Shown here: positions 12,181 to 25,225 of the stretch, piece by piece
How positions within the stretch are numbered: position 1 is the first letter of the stretch
Layout of the letters: every line of letters begins with the position of its first letter
Source of the DNA: Octopus bimaculoides
Taxonomy: Eukaryota
Direction of reading: 5' to 3'
NCBI RefSeq assembly: GCF_001194135.2
Contig: NC_068981.1
Location: 22,998,977-23,062,976, forward strand
Length of the DNA: 64,000 nucleotides
Translations under genes and position numbers: made by a program
The notes under the pieces: generated by a model
What the model was told of the DNA's origin: nothing
Seen by the model: only the letters and a program-made list of their open reading frames with translations
The model's database searches: none

Positions 12181-13948
12181 ACGTAAAGGTGACAAAGGGC
12201 TGAGATATCTTGCACTTTGCTGTATTCAAGAAGACCCATCCTCCACAGTAGAATTGCTAATGCCATCCCCACTGCTGAAGAGCATTGGCCTACAAAGAGC
12301 CCTGTACTGGTGCCATGTAAAAAAAAGCACCCACCACTCTGTAAAGTGGTTGGCATTATGAAGGTCATCCAGCTGTAGAAACCAAGCTAAATCAGACTGG
12401 AGTCTAGTGCAGCTCTCCTGCTTGCCAACTCTGATCACACTATCCAACCCATGCCAGCATAGAAAACAGACAAATTAAATGATGATGGTGATGATGATAA
12501 AATTTAGAATCAGCACTTACAAAACTGAACTTAAAATCAAGCACTGAGAAACCTACTTAAATTGGATCTTGGGACCAAAATCAACTCTTGTAAAACAAAA
12601 ATTTTGCTAGAGTTGCCTTGAGTCATCAGTTGATAAGGTAACTGATAATAGTTGTTTGTATTTACATCTGTTAATGCTCTTCAGTGAAAACCCTATTTTA
12701 TAATATTATTACCAGGGCATGGGTTATGTTGATTTTGTTCTGTTTTGTCAGTCCCAAATCAATCTTCATGAAGCACATATATGAGATTAAGGACATTCCA
12801 GTTGTGAACATCTAATCATTTCTCCAGACAGAATACACATAAGATTAAATATGCCCTTTTTATGATGGTTGGATGTAATTTGAGGCAGATTTAGCTGCTA
12901 TTTCAAATAAGTTAAGTGGCCACAGGGCTTCTCTCCTTGTTATATATGTTGTTATTTAGTCAAGGACCAGCCCTGAACACAGAGACTTATGATCAAAAGC
13001 ATTTCCAGATTTGACCACCATGTCTTTTCTCTGATATTTCATTTAGAAAATTGTACGATGTTATTTAAAGGTGATCTGGTTGCTATTTCTAGCAAGTTGG
13101 TGAACAATAGATTCTCCTATGTGGACTCATATTACTCTATGTACTCCTTATCTATAGCGTAATTCTACTCCAATCTATATGTAACACTTTAAACAAACGC
13201 TATCTTAACAATGAAACAAAATTGAAGATATAATCTTATTAATGCACAACAGTTCTGTTATTTGTCAGACAACTGACAGATAAACTACAGAATGAAATCA
13301 ATGATATAATTTATTATAGACACAACACATTGATTGTAAAACATCTATCATTATCATCATCAACATTTAACATTCATTTTCCATGCTGGCAGGGGTTGGG
13401 TGGCTTTACAGGAACTGGCAAGGCCAGGGACCACACCAGGCTTACAAACAGGTATTTTAAATTAAGTTCGACATATATCACCATCCTCTTTCTTTAAACA
13501 TCTGCTTTTTCAAGCTTGCATGGGTCAGGAAGGCTGCACAAGACTTCAATCTGATTTGGCATGGTTTTCTATGGCTGGATGCTCTTCCTAATGCCAACCA
13601 CTCCAAGAATGTAATGGGTGCTTTTACGTGACACTGGGGTGCATTTACATGACACCAGCACGGGTGCCAATTTGCGTGACATTGGTATCTGCCACAACTG
13701 CGATTTTACTCAGCTTGATGGGTCTTCTTCTCAAGCATGACATAATGCCAAAGGTCTTGGTCATTGCCCCAAATCTATTCCCAAAACTTTGGTCAGTTAT
13801 ACAAGACACTTGCCCCAGGTATCACATACTGGGACTGGGACCACATGGTTGAACAGCAAACTTCTCAACCACAGAGCCACATGTATTTATTCTTTCCAAG
13901 GTATAGTGTGTATGTGTGTGCTTATTTACCTTCTACAATATTAGGAGT

Positions 13949-14325
13949 TGGCACTCCGTCGCTTACGACGTCGAGGGTTCCAGTTGATCTGATCAACGGA
14001 ACAGCCTGCTCGTGAAATTAGCGTGCATGTGGCTGAGCACTCCACAGACACATGTACTCTTAACGTAGTTCCCGGGGAGATTCAGCGTGACACAGAGTGT
14101 GACAAGGCTAGCCCTTTGAAATACAGGTACAACAGAAATAAGAAGGAGTTAGAGAAGGTTGTGGTGGAAGAGTACAGCAGGGTTCGCCACCATCCCCTGC
14201 CGGAGCCCCGTGGAATTTTAGGTGTTTTCGCTTAATAAGCACTCACAATGCCCAGTCTGGGAATCGAAACTGCGATCCTACTACTGCGAGTCCTCTGCCC
14301 TAACCACTGGGCCATTGTGCCTCCT
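13949..14325 (-). mobile_element. tRNA-derived SINE, head C + tail 1
   Basis: Collinear with the copies above. 16-bp TSD ctacaatatta(g/a)gagt at 13933-13948 and 14326-14341. Confidence 0.88.
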
Positions 14326-15088
14326 CTACAATATTAAGAGTATCATTATCAACATCATCAACTTTTAAATCTGCTTTTTTCATGAAAGCATGAGTTAGAC
14401 AAGATTTCTTAAATTAGTATTCAATAGTTGGATGTCCTTCCTAATGCCAACCCCAACAGGTTTTCAAATAGGCACTGTATTCTAATGGTTTTCACAAATC
14501 AAATACCAAGCAAGACATTTTATTTCTAGGGGACATAAATAAATATCACCACTGCCCAAGTAATCTCAATGCGAAAACATAAGACATACATGGATGCATA
14601 TATACATTTATATGAAGGCTTCCGTACAGTTTCCTTCAACGAAATTTCACTCAAAGCATTGGTGCTAAGCATGGAGATTGAACCTGAAATGATACATTTG
14701 CAAAATGAACTTTTTAACTACACAGCCATGCCCTATGTTGTTATATGTTTCTGATTTATGTGCCTTCTATATGAGTGTGTGTGTATCATGGTAGATGTGT
14801 GTTTACTAGTTATTCATCTTTTGTGTGCATGCATGTATCACATTCAACATGCATGTGTTACTTATGTATGTTCTATGATTTCGAGTGTGTATGTGTGTGT
14901 ATCACCAGCACAGGAGAAAAGCTGTGAAAGCAGCTTAGAGGATCAGGTAAAATATCCTAATACACTATAAGGCTATTCTACCCTATCCCCTAAGCTATTT
15001 TCACAGCTGTTGTCCTACATTGGGGATTTCCTTTATTTCTGAAATACCAATCACTCAATGCTTCAAAAATTGCTTATAAAATATTCTC

Positions 15089-15260
15089 AGGCACAGGAGT
15101 GGCTGTGTGGTAAGTAGCTTGATTACCAACTACATGGTTCCGGGTTCAGTCCCACTGCGTGGCATCTTGGGCAAGTGTCTTCTACTATAGCCTCGGGTCG
15201 ACCAAAGCCGTGTGAGTGGATCTGGTAAACGGAAACTGAAAGAAGCCCATCGTATATATG

Positions 15261-15300
<40 letters not shown>

Positions 15301-15426
15301 TGTCTGTCCCCCTCCCACCATCACTTGACAACCGATGGTGGTGTGTTTACGTCCCCATAACTTAGTGGTTCAACAAAAGAGACTTACAAAGAATAAGTCC
15401 CAGGATCGATCTGCTCGACTAAAGGC
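15089..15426 (+). mobile_element. Family-A SINE (ends in an N gap)
   Basis: Same head, core and (TG)n centre as 7150-7532. Confidence 0.88.
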
Positions 15427-15658
15427 NNNNNNNNNNNNNNNNNNNNNNNNNNNNNNNNNNNNNNNNNNNNNNNNNNNNNNNNNNNNNNNNNNNNNNNNNN
15501 NNNNNNNNNNNNNNNNNNNNNNNNNNNNNNNNNNNNNNNNNNNNNNNNNNNNNNNNNNNNNNNNNNNNNNNNNNNNNNNNNNNNNNNNNNNNNNNNNNNN
15601 NNNNNNNNNNNNNNNNNNNNNNNNNNNNNNNNNNNNNNNNNNNNNNNNNNNNNNNNNN

Positions 15659-15659
15659 A

Positions 15660-15700
<41 letters not shown>

Positions 15701-15866
15701 GCGACAGGCTTCTTTCAGTTTCTATCTACCAAATCCACCCACAAGGCTTTGGTCGGCCCGAGGCTATAGTAGAAGACACTTGCCCAAGGTGCCATGCAGT
15801 GGGACTGAACCCGGAACGATGTGGTTGGTAAAGCAAGCTACTTACCACACAGCCACTCCTGCGCCT
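15659..15866 (-). mobile_element. Family-A SINE 5' half, inverted relative to the 15089 copy
   Basis: Reverse complement of the family-A head. Confidence 0.88.
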
Positions 15867-16495
15867 ATTTGTTGCTATAAAGCATATAAATCATTACTGT
15901 ACCTTTGGCTGTAATGAGATTTTTATAGTAAAAATACAATATTGATTTATTGAACTGAATTCACTTATTGGTCAGCAATGCATCCTAAATTAATGAGATT
16001 CACCAGTTGATACAGATTTGAAGAAAATTAACCAGAAAAGATAAAGGGCGGGGTTGAAATTAAGACAAAAAACATAATATATAAATAATTTGTATCAATA
16101 CACACTTCAAAGTAGAATTCTAATTATTGTATTATTGTTAAAAATTTGATTGAAATGTTCTGTGAAAGAGTCATCTCTAAAAGACATCTAATCAATTTAA
16201 TCAATTATAATGGCTATCTTCTAGAACAAAACAATTGTTTTAAAGGTCAATTCATGAAGTTTTGAATGGCTAATCCAGAACGTAAACAATTTGGGGGAGG
16301 GGGGGAAAGAGAGGTTGGTTGTATAGTTAAGTTTGCTTCAGACCATAGGGTCTTGAGTTCAGCCTCACAACATGGCACCATAGGCAAGTGTCTCCCACTA
16401 TCGCCCTGGACCGACCAAAGTCTTATGGGTGTATTTGATAGACAGAAACTGAAAGAAGCCTGTTGTATATATATATATATGTGTGTGTGTGTGAA

Positions 16496-16535
<40 letters not shown>

Positions 16536-17290
16536 TATGTGTTTGAATGTTTATATGTATGTGTATATCCTTGTCTAGATGTCACGTGATGGTTTTAAAT
16601 GAGCATAAATGGCATACAAGCAAGGTTGTTTATTTTCAGTCTTTTGTGAAAACATATTGGGACAGGAAAAAAAATTATACCTTGCTTGGAAACAGGTATG
16701 GGTTGGTGACAGAAAGGGCATCTGGCAGTAAAACATTTGCCTCAACAAATTCCATATGACCCATGAATGATGGAGAGACCGCATAGAGTAGAGAGGACTC
16801 TTTAGGCTTATCAAGGACTTGACGGTCTCTTTGTTGCTGGTGTCCCATTACACCAGGTACTCAATGTAAGGTGGTTAGTGTAAGGAAAGGCATCAATATG
16901 AAGAAACCAAGTCAAAAGGAATCATATGAACAAGACATGGCCCTCCAGCTTATCTAAGAAGGTAATAACTCCAAATAAAAACTGACCCTTACTAATGCAG
17001 AAAGCTAATGTATGATGATGATTATGATGGTGTATATCTATCACCTTGGTTTGGCAGAACTGGAAGACCTAACAAATAAACTTTATGGGTTTTCGTTACT
17101 TCCCTTTACACTTAGGTTGTCATCAGTTCCCAACATAACAAAGTCAGTAAAATAAGTACCAGACAAAAGTATTGGGATTAATACAATAAACTAAAACCCC
17201 CTAAAGGTGGTACCTCAGCATGGCCACAGTCCAATGATCAAAATCAGTTAAAGAACGTATGAACTGATTTCAAAATAGAATTACAATTTT

Positions 17291-17532
17291 GGCATGTAAA
17301 AAACACCATTTTGAGCGTGGCCATTGCCAGTACCACCTGACTGGCCCTTGTGCCGGTGGCACGTAAAAGCACCCACTACACTCTCGGAGTGGTTGGTGTT
17401 AGGAAGGACATCCAGCTGTAGAAACTCTGCCAGATCAGATTGGAGCCTGGTGCAGCCTTCTGGTTCGCCAGTCCTCAGTCAAATCGTCCAACCCATGCTA
17501 GCATGGAAAGCAGACGTTAAACGATGATGATG
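17291..17532 (+). mobile_element. Family-B retroposon with (GAT)n tail (SINE or LINE 3' end)
   Basis: gcacgtaaaagcacccactacactctcggagtggttgg...ggaagggcatccagctgtagaaac...catggaaagcggacgttaaacgatgatg. Related copies at about 2160-2482, 9860-10117, 12190-12500, 13350-13770(-), 20755-20900(-), 23040-23500(-), 27240-27420(-), 34760-34990(-), 39432-39560(-), 44578-44767, 59150-59330(-), 59427-59605 and 60490-60795. Confidence 0.85.
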
Positions 17533-19254
17533 AGTGAGCGATAGAGAGGGAGAAAGAAAGAACAAAGAAAGCAATCATTGAAATTAAATATCAGATGTTT
17601 CGTTAAAATAATTCATTTACTGTTACAGCAATCAATCAATCAATCAGTGAGACACAGTTTCATGTTATTTTAGATTCTGTTTCAGACAAATGAAAAAGGT
17701 TGATGACATGCTTGTCAGATGGTCACATACACACATGCAGAGAGCATTACATTAAGCAAGAGATATAATATAATATAATATAATGGAAAGAGATATAATT
17801 TTCTCCTTGAATATAATGCCAGCTTTTGCTAGGAACACACCTTGAAGATCTGATAACCTCGGTGAAATGAGACAACTATGGAATGTAAGTAAAATGTAAG
17901 TCTAAATGTGCAACACAAGAGCTGATTTACTTTTTAAAAAAATGTAACCAACCGCCCATTTAGTTTCTACTGTCAGATAATAGATATGGACCGCAATACA
18001 CACTTTGATAGCATATTTATGTCAGTCTGTTTAAAGTACAGTAATTTAAGTCAGAAAGGTATTATTATAAAAATAAAGTTAATTATAGATTTAGTGAAAA
18101 TATGCTGATCAATATATATATATATGATCATCAGCTTCAATTGTTATTTACTTTTCTGTTTTGGTAGGTCATGCTGGGTCACTGCCTTGAAGGGTTTTAG
18201 TCAAATAGTTCAACCCCAGTACTTGCTGAGTAAGTGAGGAGAGATTCCTTTGATATTAGACAGTAGTTATTTACCATTGTAATCAGTCACAGGACTATAA
18301 CGCAGACAAGTAATTTATTAGATTACAATACTGAGTTCATTATAAGCGTAGTACTTATTCTATCAGTCTCTTTTGCTGAACTGCTAAGTTATGGGGGAAG
18401 TAAACACACCAGCATCGGTTGTCAAACGATGTTGGGGGGACAAACAATTATTATTATTGTAAAACAATAATAATAATTTCATTTATTCTACATCTTTCTA
18501 TAATAACCACAATTATCTCATCATTATTTTCATATAGGCACAGGCATGGCAATAGGTGCAGGTGTGGCAATAGACACAGACATGGCAATAAGCACAAGTA
18601 TGGCTGTGTGGTAAGAAGCTTGCTTCCCAACCACATGGTTCCAGGTTCAGTCCCACTGCATGGCACCTTGGGCAAGTGTTTTCTACTATAACCTTGGGCC
18701 AACTGAAGCCTTATGAGTGGATTGAGTAAACAGAAACTGAAAGAAGCCCATCATATATCTATAGATATGTTTGTGTGTGTGTGGCTTTGTGCCCATGTTT
18801 GCTCCTCACCATCGTTTGATAACTGGTGTTGTTTTGTTTATGTCCCTATTACCTAACTATTTAGCAAAAGAGACCAATAGAATAAGTACCAGGCTTTAAA
18901 AAAAGTANNNNNNNNNNNNNNNNNNNNNNNNNNNNNNNNNNNNNNNNNNNNNNNNNNNNNNNNNNNNNNNNNNNNNNNNNNNNNNNNNNNNNNNNNNNNN
19001 NNNNNNNNNNNNNNNNNNNNNNNNNNNNNNNNNNNNNNNNNNNNNNNNNNNNNNNNNNNNNNNNNNNNNNNNNNNNNNNNNNNNNNNNNNNNNNNNNNNN
19101 NNNNNNNNNNNNNNNNNNNNNNNNNNNNNNNNNNNNNNNNNNNNNNNNNNNNNNNNNNNNNNNNNNNNNNNNNNNNNNNNNNNNNNNNNNNNNNNNNNNN
19201 NNNNNNNNNNNNNNNNNNNATTCATTAAGTAAAGTCTGAAAGGATAATATACGA

Positions 19255-19399
19255 TTTCACATATTTTTAAGTCCTGAAAGTGCATTTTTAATTGTTATTA
19301 GTGACGTCAAGAGTGTTACTGATGTTGTCATCATAAGCCAATATAGACATCACTAACGAGAATTAAAAATGAACTTTCAAGACTTAAAAGTATGTGAAA
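19255..19399. repeat. Long inverted repeat (54-bp arms, 37-bp spacer)
   Basis: 19255-19308 is the near reverse complement of 19346-19399. Confidence 0.85.
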
Positions 19400-20038
19400 A
19401 TGCAATTACATTAAATAATTTTATTCCAAACTTTGTTAGAAGTATTTCTACTTTGCTTTTTTTCTATTTTTTTTTTTTTTGCCAGCATGGAACATGGATG
19501 ATGATGATGATGATGATGACAACTGTTTTATATGAATGTTTCGTTTTTTTTTTTCTATTTATCTAATTCCTGGCATTCATTAATGTATTTGTCTGCAGAT
19601 GCAACTATTGCCCTAGCAGAGATAGTCTAGGAAAAGTACTTAAGTGCTAAACAGCAGGAATAGAAATGGCCAAGAGATAAAAGTAAGATAACATTCACAG
19701 AAACATTTAAACCAATTCTTCAGCTTTTAAAGATTATTAAGGAGCCAACAGTTGGTTATTAATTACACAGATGCCGAAAGGCTGATTTACTGAAGTGCTA
19801 GGTCACAGGATAGAATTCTGAACTAGAGTTCAAACTTTTGATATTAATCAAAAACCAGAGAATACTTCAACTCAGACAACTCCTAACTTTTTACAAAGCT
19901 CAGGTGAGATCCACAATTGAGTACTGATCTTGTATCTGGAGTGGGAGCTGTTGGTTTACACACATACATATCAGATCACATCCAAAGGAAATTCACTCAA
20001 CTGATGGGCACAAGGTCATCAGTACACTCTGTCTAGCT

Positions 20039-20380
20039 CAGTTGTTCTCAACCGGGGTCCATATGGCCCCCAAGAGTCCATATACGATTTTGGGGGTCCA
20101 CGCAACAAAATAATAAATTGGGGATCCACGACAGTATTATAAGGGTCCCTGAAAAATTTTTGCTTTAGATGTATGTAGTGGTATGTATTGCAAGAAACAG
20201 CTAGGTTTCTTTCTTTAACATAGTTCAACCTACACGAGTTAAAGTTTGAAAAACAACATAGGAATATTGAAAGAAGTTTCCATAAAATTAGTTTTTAAAC
20301 ATTGAATGGCTATGGGGGTCCACCAGAATAAAATAATAATCAAAGGGGATCCATAGATAAAAAATGGTTGAGAGACCCTG
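20039..20380. mobile_element. hAT (Charlie/Buster-type) MITE, 342 bp
   Basis: TIRs cagttgttctcaacc / ggttgagagaccctg, with a perfect 8-bp TSD gtctagct at 20031-20038 and 20381-20388. Confidence 0.9.
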
Positions 20381-20429
20381 GTCTAGCTCATAGATGTGCT
20401 GTCTACTTTTGGCATCTTTTTACTGTTAG

Positions 20430-20720
20430 TACAATGGCCTCAACTCTCTTGTGTCATGCTAGCTCACTTAAGCACTCCAAATTCGCATGTCTCCTCATCA
20501 TGTCCCCATACTGTGTGTTCCCTTCTCTACCCCCTCACTAACAACAGTTCTTAGTCCATCTTTCCCAGAAAGTCATCTCTCTGGAGTTTCTTTCTTGTAT
20601 ATGTATTTTCTGCAGTCAATGTCAAGCAAATTTTCAAAAGAAACATTAACTGTGTCAATCTCACTGGTTTCAAAGGACATGCAAAATCCAAGGGCACAGC
20701 CCTTTCTTCCAGATAAAATC
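20430..20720 (+). mobile_element. CR1-like LINE ORF2 C-terminal remnant
   Basis: Fragments SIFPRKSSLWSF...VNVKQIFKRNINCVNL resemble SFFPRTSxLWNSLP...FPxxxNLQxFKRxIN. Confidence 0.5.
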
Positions 20721-22537
20721 CATAAAAAAATAAATTATCTTTAAAAAAAAAATGAGTATCATCATCATCATCATCATTTAGCATCCATTTTCCATGCTGG
20801 CATGGGCTGGGTGGTTTGACATGGAGCCGGCCAGCTGGGAGTTGACCAGATTCCAACTGTCTGTTGTGACATGATTTCTACACTTGGATGCTCTTCCTAA
20901 TGCCAATCACTTAATGTGCTTCCTTCTTTAAATCCATTATATGAGAAAATGCAATTCAAGTTACAAATACTGAAAAGACAACAATAATCTACATTCACAT
21001 ATTTCAGTCATCATTATCCATTTGCCCTCCGCCCACTTGTTTTTGTTGTGTGATATGTCCTCAGAAAACAAATAATGGTGGTGCCCCAGCATGGCTGCAG
21101 CTCTCAAGCTGAAACTAGTTAAAGAGTTATAAGTTAAATATGTCTGGATCAGAATATATTTCCAGATCTTGTAGGTGCAGGTGTAGCTGTGTGATTAATA
21201 AACTTGCTTCCCAGCCAGGTAGTCTAAGGTGAAGTCCCACTGTGTGACACCTTGGCCAAGTGTCTTCTACTATAACCCCAGGCCAACCAAAGCCTTGTGA
21301 GCAGATCTGGTAGACAGAAACTGAAAGAAGACTGTCGTGTGTGTATGCATGTGTGTGCGTCTGAATGTATTCTTGCCTTGACCTCATGAGATGGTTGTAA
21401 ATGAGCACCAGTGTCATGGAAGTGGTGTTTGTTTCTTGTCTTCTGCAAAAAAGCATGCCTGGCCATGGGGAAATATTACCTAACTTAGAAAAGAAAATGG
21501 GCAGCAATAGGAAGGGCATCTGGCCATAGAAAGTCTGCTTCAACAAATTCCATCTAACCCATGCAAGTAGAGAAAAGTAGATGTTAAAACAAAGAAGATG
21601 ATGATGAAGCTGATCTTCCTAAATTGATGTTGATAATTTATGTAAACCCTGAACCACTCAATATTTCCAGGCATATAAATATATTCTAATGAGTGTCACT
21701 GATGAAACACAGACTTGTAGGACCACTATCAGCTTAAACAATTATCTTTCTTTGTAATATTCAAGCTTATGTCAAGTTTTTGTAGCTTACAGTGGTCACT
21801 AAATACTGCTCCTTACTATCATGTAGTAATTACTCATTCAACATAGTGTCCATTATCACATGGACAGGTAAGTACAGATGCTTATCTAATGTGTAGCGAC
21901 TAATGTGTTATGTTTATACTTAAAAGCATTCTTTTATTAGCTTACAATCAGGTTTATTTCTGAAGTCCCCCACCATTACATACATAGTTCAATCAACTCC
22001 AGGTAATATAGAATCTCAGCCCTCATCTCTATTCAACACAACACTTGATATTATGCCTACTTCCTGGGAAAATGATAATTAATCATTGAGAAAGAGTTTC
22101 AAATGTAAAATATTGTTCGGACAATTCAGATATACGTTAACATTTGCAGAGCAAACATATGCAGGCAAGATTAAACAAATAAATAAATACATAAATGTTT
22201 TAACAAGGAAGCTGAAAGCTACAAAAGAATATATTTCTTCTCAGAACATAATTCCTTTAGATTGGATACAAGTTCAATGTTGTTACAAACAAATGCTTAT
22301 AAAATTCGCCATTATTTGCAGTAAATCTCACCAGCAACTAATATCATTATGAACAGCATCTCATGGAAATTCAATTTCTCTTGAATCAATAGATTTTTGT
22401 CTTTTGCAATACTCAACAGGATCGTTAGAAATAATAGGAATTAAATTTTATACATAAGATTTGCCAGGAATTCATAACAATGATTAGTTCTTAATATTTT
22501 GTTTAAAAAAAAAATCCCACAAAAACAAAATAATAAA

Positions 22538-22903
22538 AAGAACACCTAAAGAGCAGAAACCTCTGCCAAGGCAACACCAACATCCTCTCAACGATTATCC
22601 TGAGATGATTTTTAAAATGAGAATATCTGAAATAAACTTGACTGTTCTCAAAAATGAGAATACTAAAAATGAACCAGACTGCTCTCAAATATGAAGTAAA
22701 AAAACAGGAAAATTAATCCAGAATCCTTGTCCAGTACCAGATCAATCCCAAAATCTAATCAGTTCATGCCAATCACGGGGCCAAACATCCCTGAAAGTTT
22801 CATCCGAATCCATCCAGTGGCTCTTGAGATATCTTGTTCACGGACAAACAAACAAACATGACTGAAAACAATACCTCCACCTTTGCCAAGGCGGAGGTAA
22901 TAA
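22538..22903 (-). mobile_element. Second, older DINE-1/Helentron-like copy
   Basis: Reverse complement is collinear with 35721-36091 along its whole length (attacctccgccttggcaaaggtggaggtatt...ccttggcagaggtttctgctc). Confidence 0.75.
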
Positions 22904-23645
22904 TGTGATGAAGTTTCTATGCTAAAAATCATCTTCAGTTTATATTTGTTTTTCTAAGCTTGTATGGGTTGAACAGTTTTCTCCAGTACATATATACGAT
23001 GGGCTAGTTACCCACTGATAAATGTAAAACAATGAAATCATCATCATTTAATGTTCGTTTTCCATGCTGGAATGGGTTGGACAGTTTGACTGAAAACAGT
23101 TAATCTGGAGAGCTGCACCAGGCTCCAATCTGATTTAGCATGGTTTCTACAGCTGAATGCCCTTCCTAATGCCAACCACTCCAAGAATATAGTGGGTGCC
23201 TTTTACATGCCACCTGCATGAGTGCCAGTTATGAAACATCAGCATCGGTCATGACTACAATCTCACTTGGCTTGACAGGTCTTCTCAAACACGTATATTG
23301 CCAAAGATCTCGGTTACTTGTCACTGCCTCTGCAAGGCCCAAAAGTTCAAAGGGTGCTTTTTCCTTGCCACTGGCATGGGTGCCAGGTATGTGAAACTGG
23401 CATCAGACACAACTATGATTTCACTTAGCTTGATGGGTCTTCTCAAGCACAGTAAATCACCCAACGTTTGAAGGGTGCCTTTTATGTGCCAACTGATGGT
23501 CTATTTGTGTTTTCAAATTATCAGTAAAATATCAAGATTTTTAAAATCTTAAAAATCATTTAAAAGTTCAATTGTAATTAGATTGCTGCTGTTAGAAATT
23601 CATAGTAAAAATAAGAAACTTGGAGTAAGAATACAACAGAAAATA

Positions 23646-23949
23646 CAGAGGAACCCTGGTTTACAAATTTAATTTGCTCCTGAAGGCTGGTTGTCACTTG
23701 AAATGTTTGTAAACCAAAACTGTTTTTCTCATAGGAAATGTAAGAGAAGACATGGTGAATTTGAGCAAAAGCTAGACAGCAACTGACGTTCCCTTGCTAA
23801 CTCTTCCAGCTTGTTGCCAACCACTGTTGCCAGCTTACAAGCTCATTGCTCAAAACACTATTTGTCACCTGAGATGTTTTATGTTCAAAAGATTGTCTGT
23901 AAACCTATTTGCTTCTTATGAGAAGCATTCGTAAACTGAGGTTCCACTG
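23646..23949. mobile_element. Tigger/pogo-like MITE, 304 bp
   Basis: TIRs cagaggaaccctggtttacaaat / attcgtaaactgaggttccactg, flanked by TA on both sides (23644-45, 23950-51). Confidence 0.8.
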
Positions 23950-24149
23950 TAAGTTGTTTTAGTTTTTTATTATAACAGATATTGGCTAAACAATTTTAAT
24001 AAACTAAAGAAATATTCGAAAGAGTCAAGCAATATTCCAGTGAGAAACACATGTATATGTGAGTCAACAAGGATAGTAAGTGTGCTGGACACCTACAACA
24101 GCAATAAAAAGAAGGCTAAATGGAATGGTTGATGGAAGAAAGCTGTTTT

Positions 24150-24420
24150 TGATCAACGTTTACCAAACAGCATAGTATATAGAAATGTACCATTTTCACA
24201 GAAATCATTAAACAATGCAGATTTAAGTTTATGGGACACAATTAATGAAGAATAGATGTAGTTGTATGACTATTATTACTATGGAAACCAGTACATGGTA
24301 GAAGAAGAAGGAGACTCAATTGAACATATGTTTAACAGTTGCTGGAGGACACAAACTTAGAGAGGAAATGTATTGGCGAGATGACGGAGGACAGGGAAAC
24401 ATGGAGACTAGTTAACAGGA
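24150..24420 (+). mobile_element. Decayed RTE-like LINE 3' end
   Basis: ...ADLSFMGH...LLLLWKPVHGRRRR...TYV*QLLEDTNLE...MTEDRETWR resembles LRFAGH...LLLWEPxHGxR...TYIDQLxEDTGL...MEDRxxWR. Confidence 0.6.
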
Positions 24421-25225
24421 TATAAGTGTGTTCAACATGATATGATAATAATGAAGCTCTAGTGGTTTTTAAAGGAGACAGAAACAGTAGTTAAATTTCA
24501 CTCACAGCACACTATACTGAACAAAGTAGCCCAAGGTACACCATGCTTGGAAAAAAACAGGATGGTCATTACTAGAATGTCTTTAATCATATTTCAGTCA
24601 GAGCTGATTTGGGGGCTAAACAAAAAAAAAATTTATGAACCAATTAGGGAGCCTCTGCATACTACTTAACCTGCCAGAAATAAAACCCAAATTTCTCTCT
24701 AAACTACATCCCACCATATGAAAAAACAAAAAAAAAAGCAAGGGAAGAAACAATGGACAAAGCAGTCCTAGATATACTACATTTGAATAAAAAAACAAAA
24801 AATCTGATGGCCACAACTGCAATGTCTTTTATCCTAAAATCATCTCAATGAAGGACCGACCCAAAGCTTGCCAGTTCCAAACTTGAAAATGAGAGACAAT
24901 ATATTTGCAGTCCAGTATCTTACTGAATGCGGCACCCACACTTCTCTTCCTCTGAAAGCAATATGTTAATGCTGAACTTCATTATTTTATTATAATTACT
25001 TACCAACGACAGCTGACGGCAATAAAAGAAATAACATGAATCTAGATTAAATGCATTCTTTCATTATCATAAAGAGTGAAATATTGATCAGTAAGTCTAA
25101 ATACTGTGGAAGCTAGTTATAGAAAACTAGATGTTATTTAATTGCTGAATTATAGATTACTGGAAATAAGCAATCCAATGACAATGAACTGAGAGAAATT
25201 ATGATATATACAAGCAAAAAATGTA

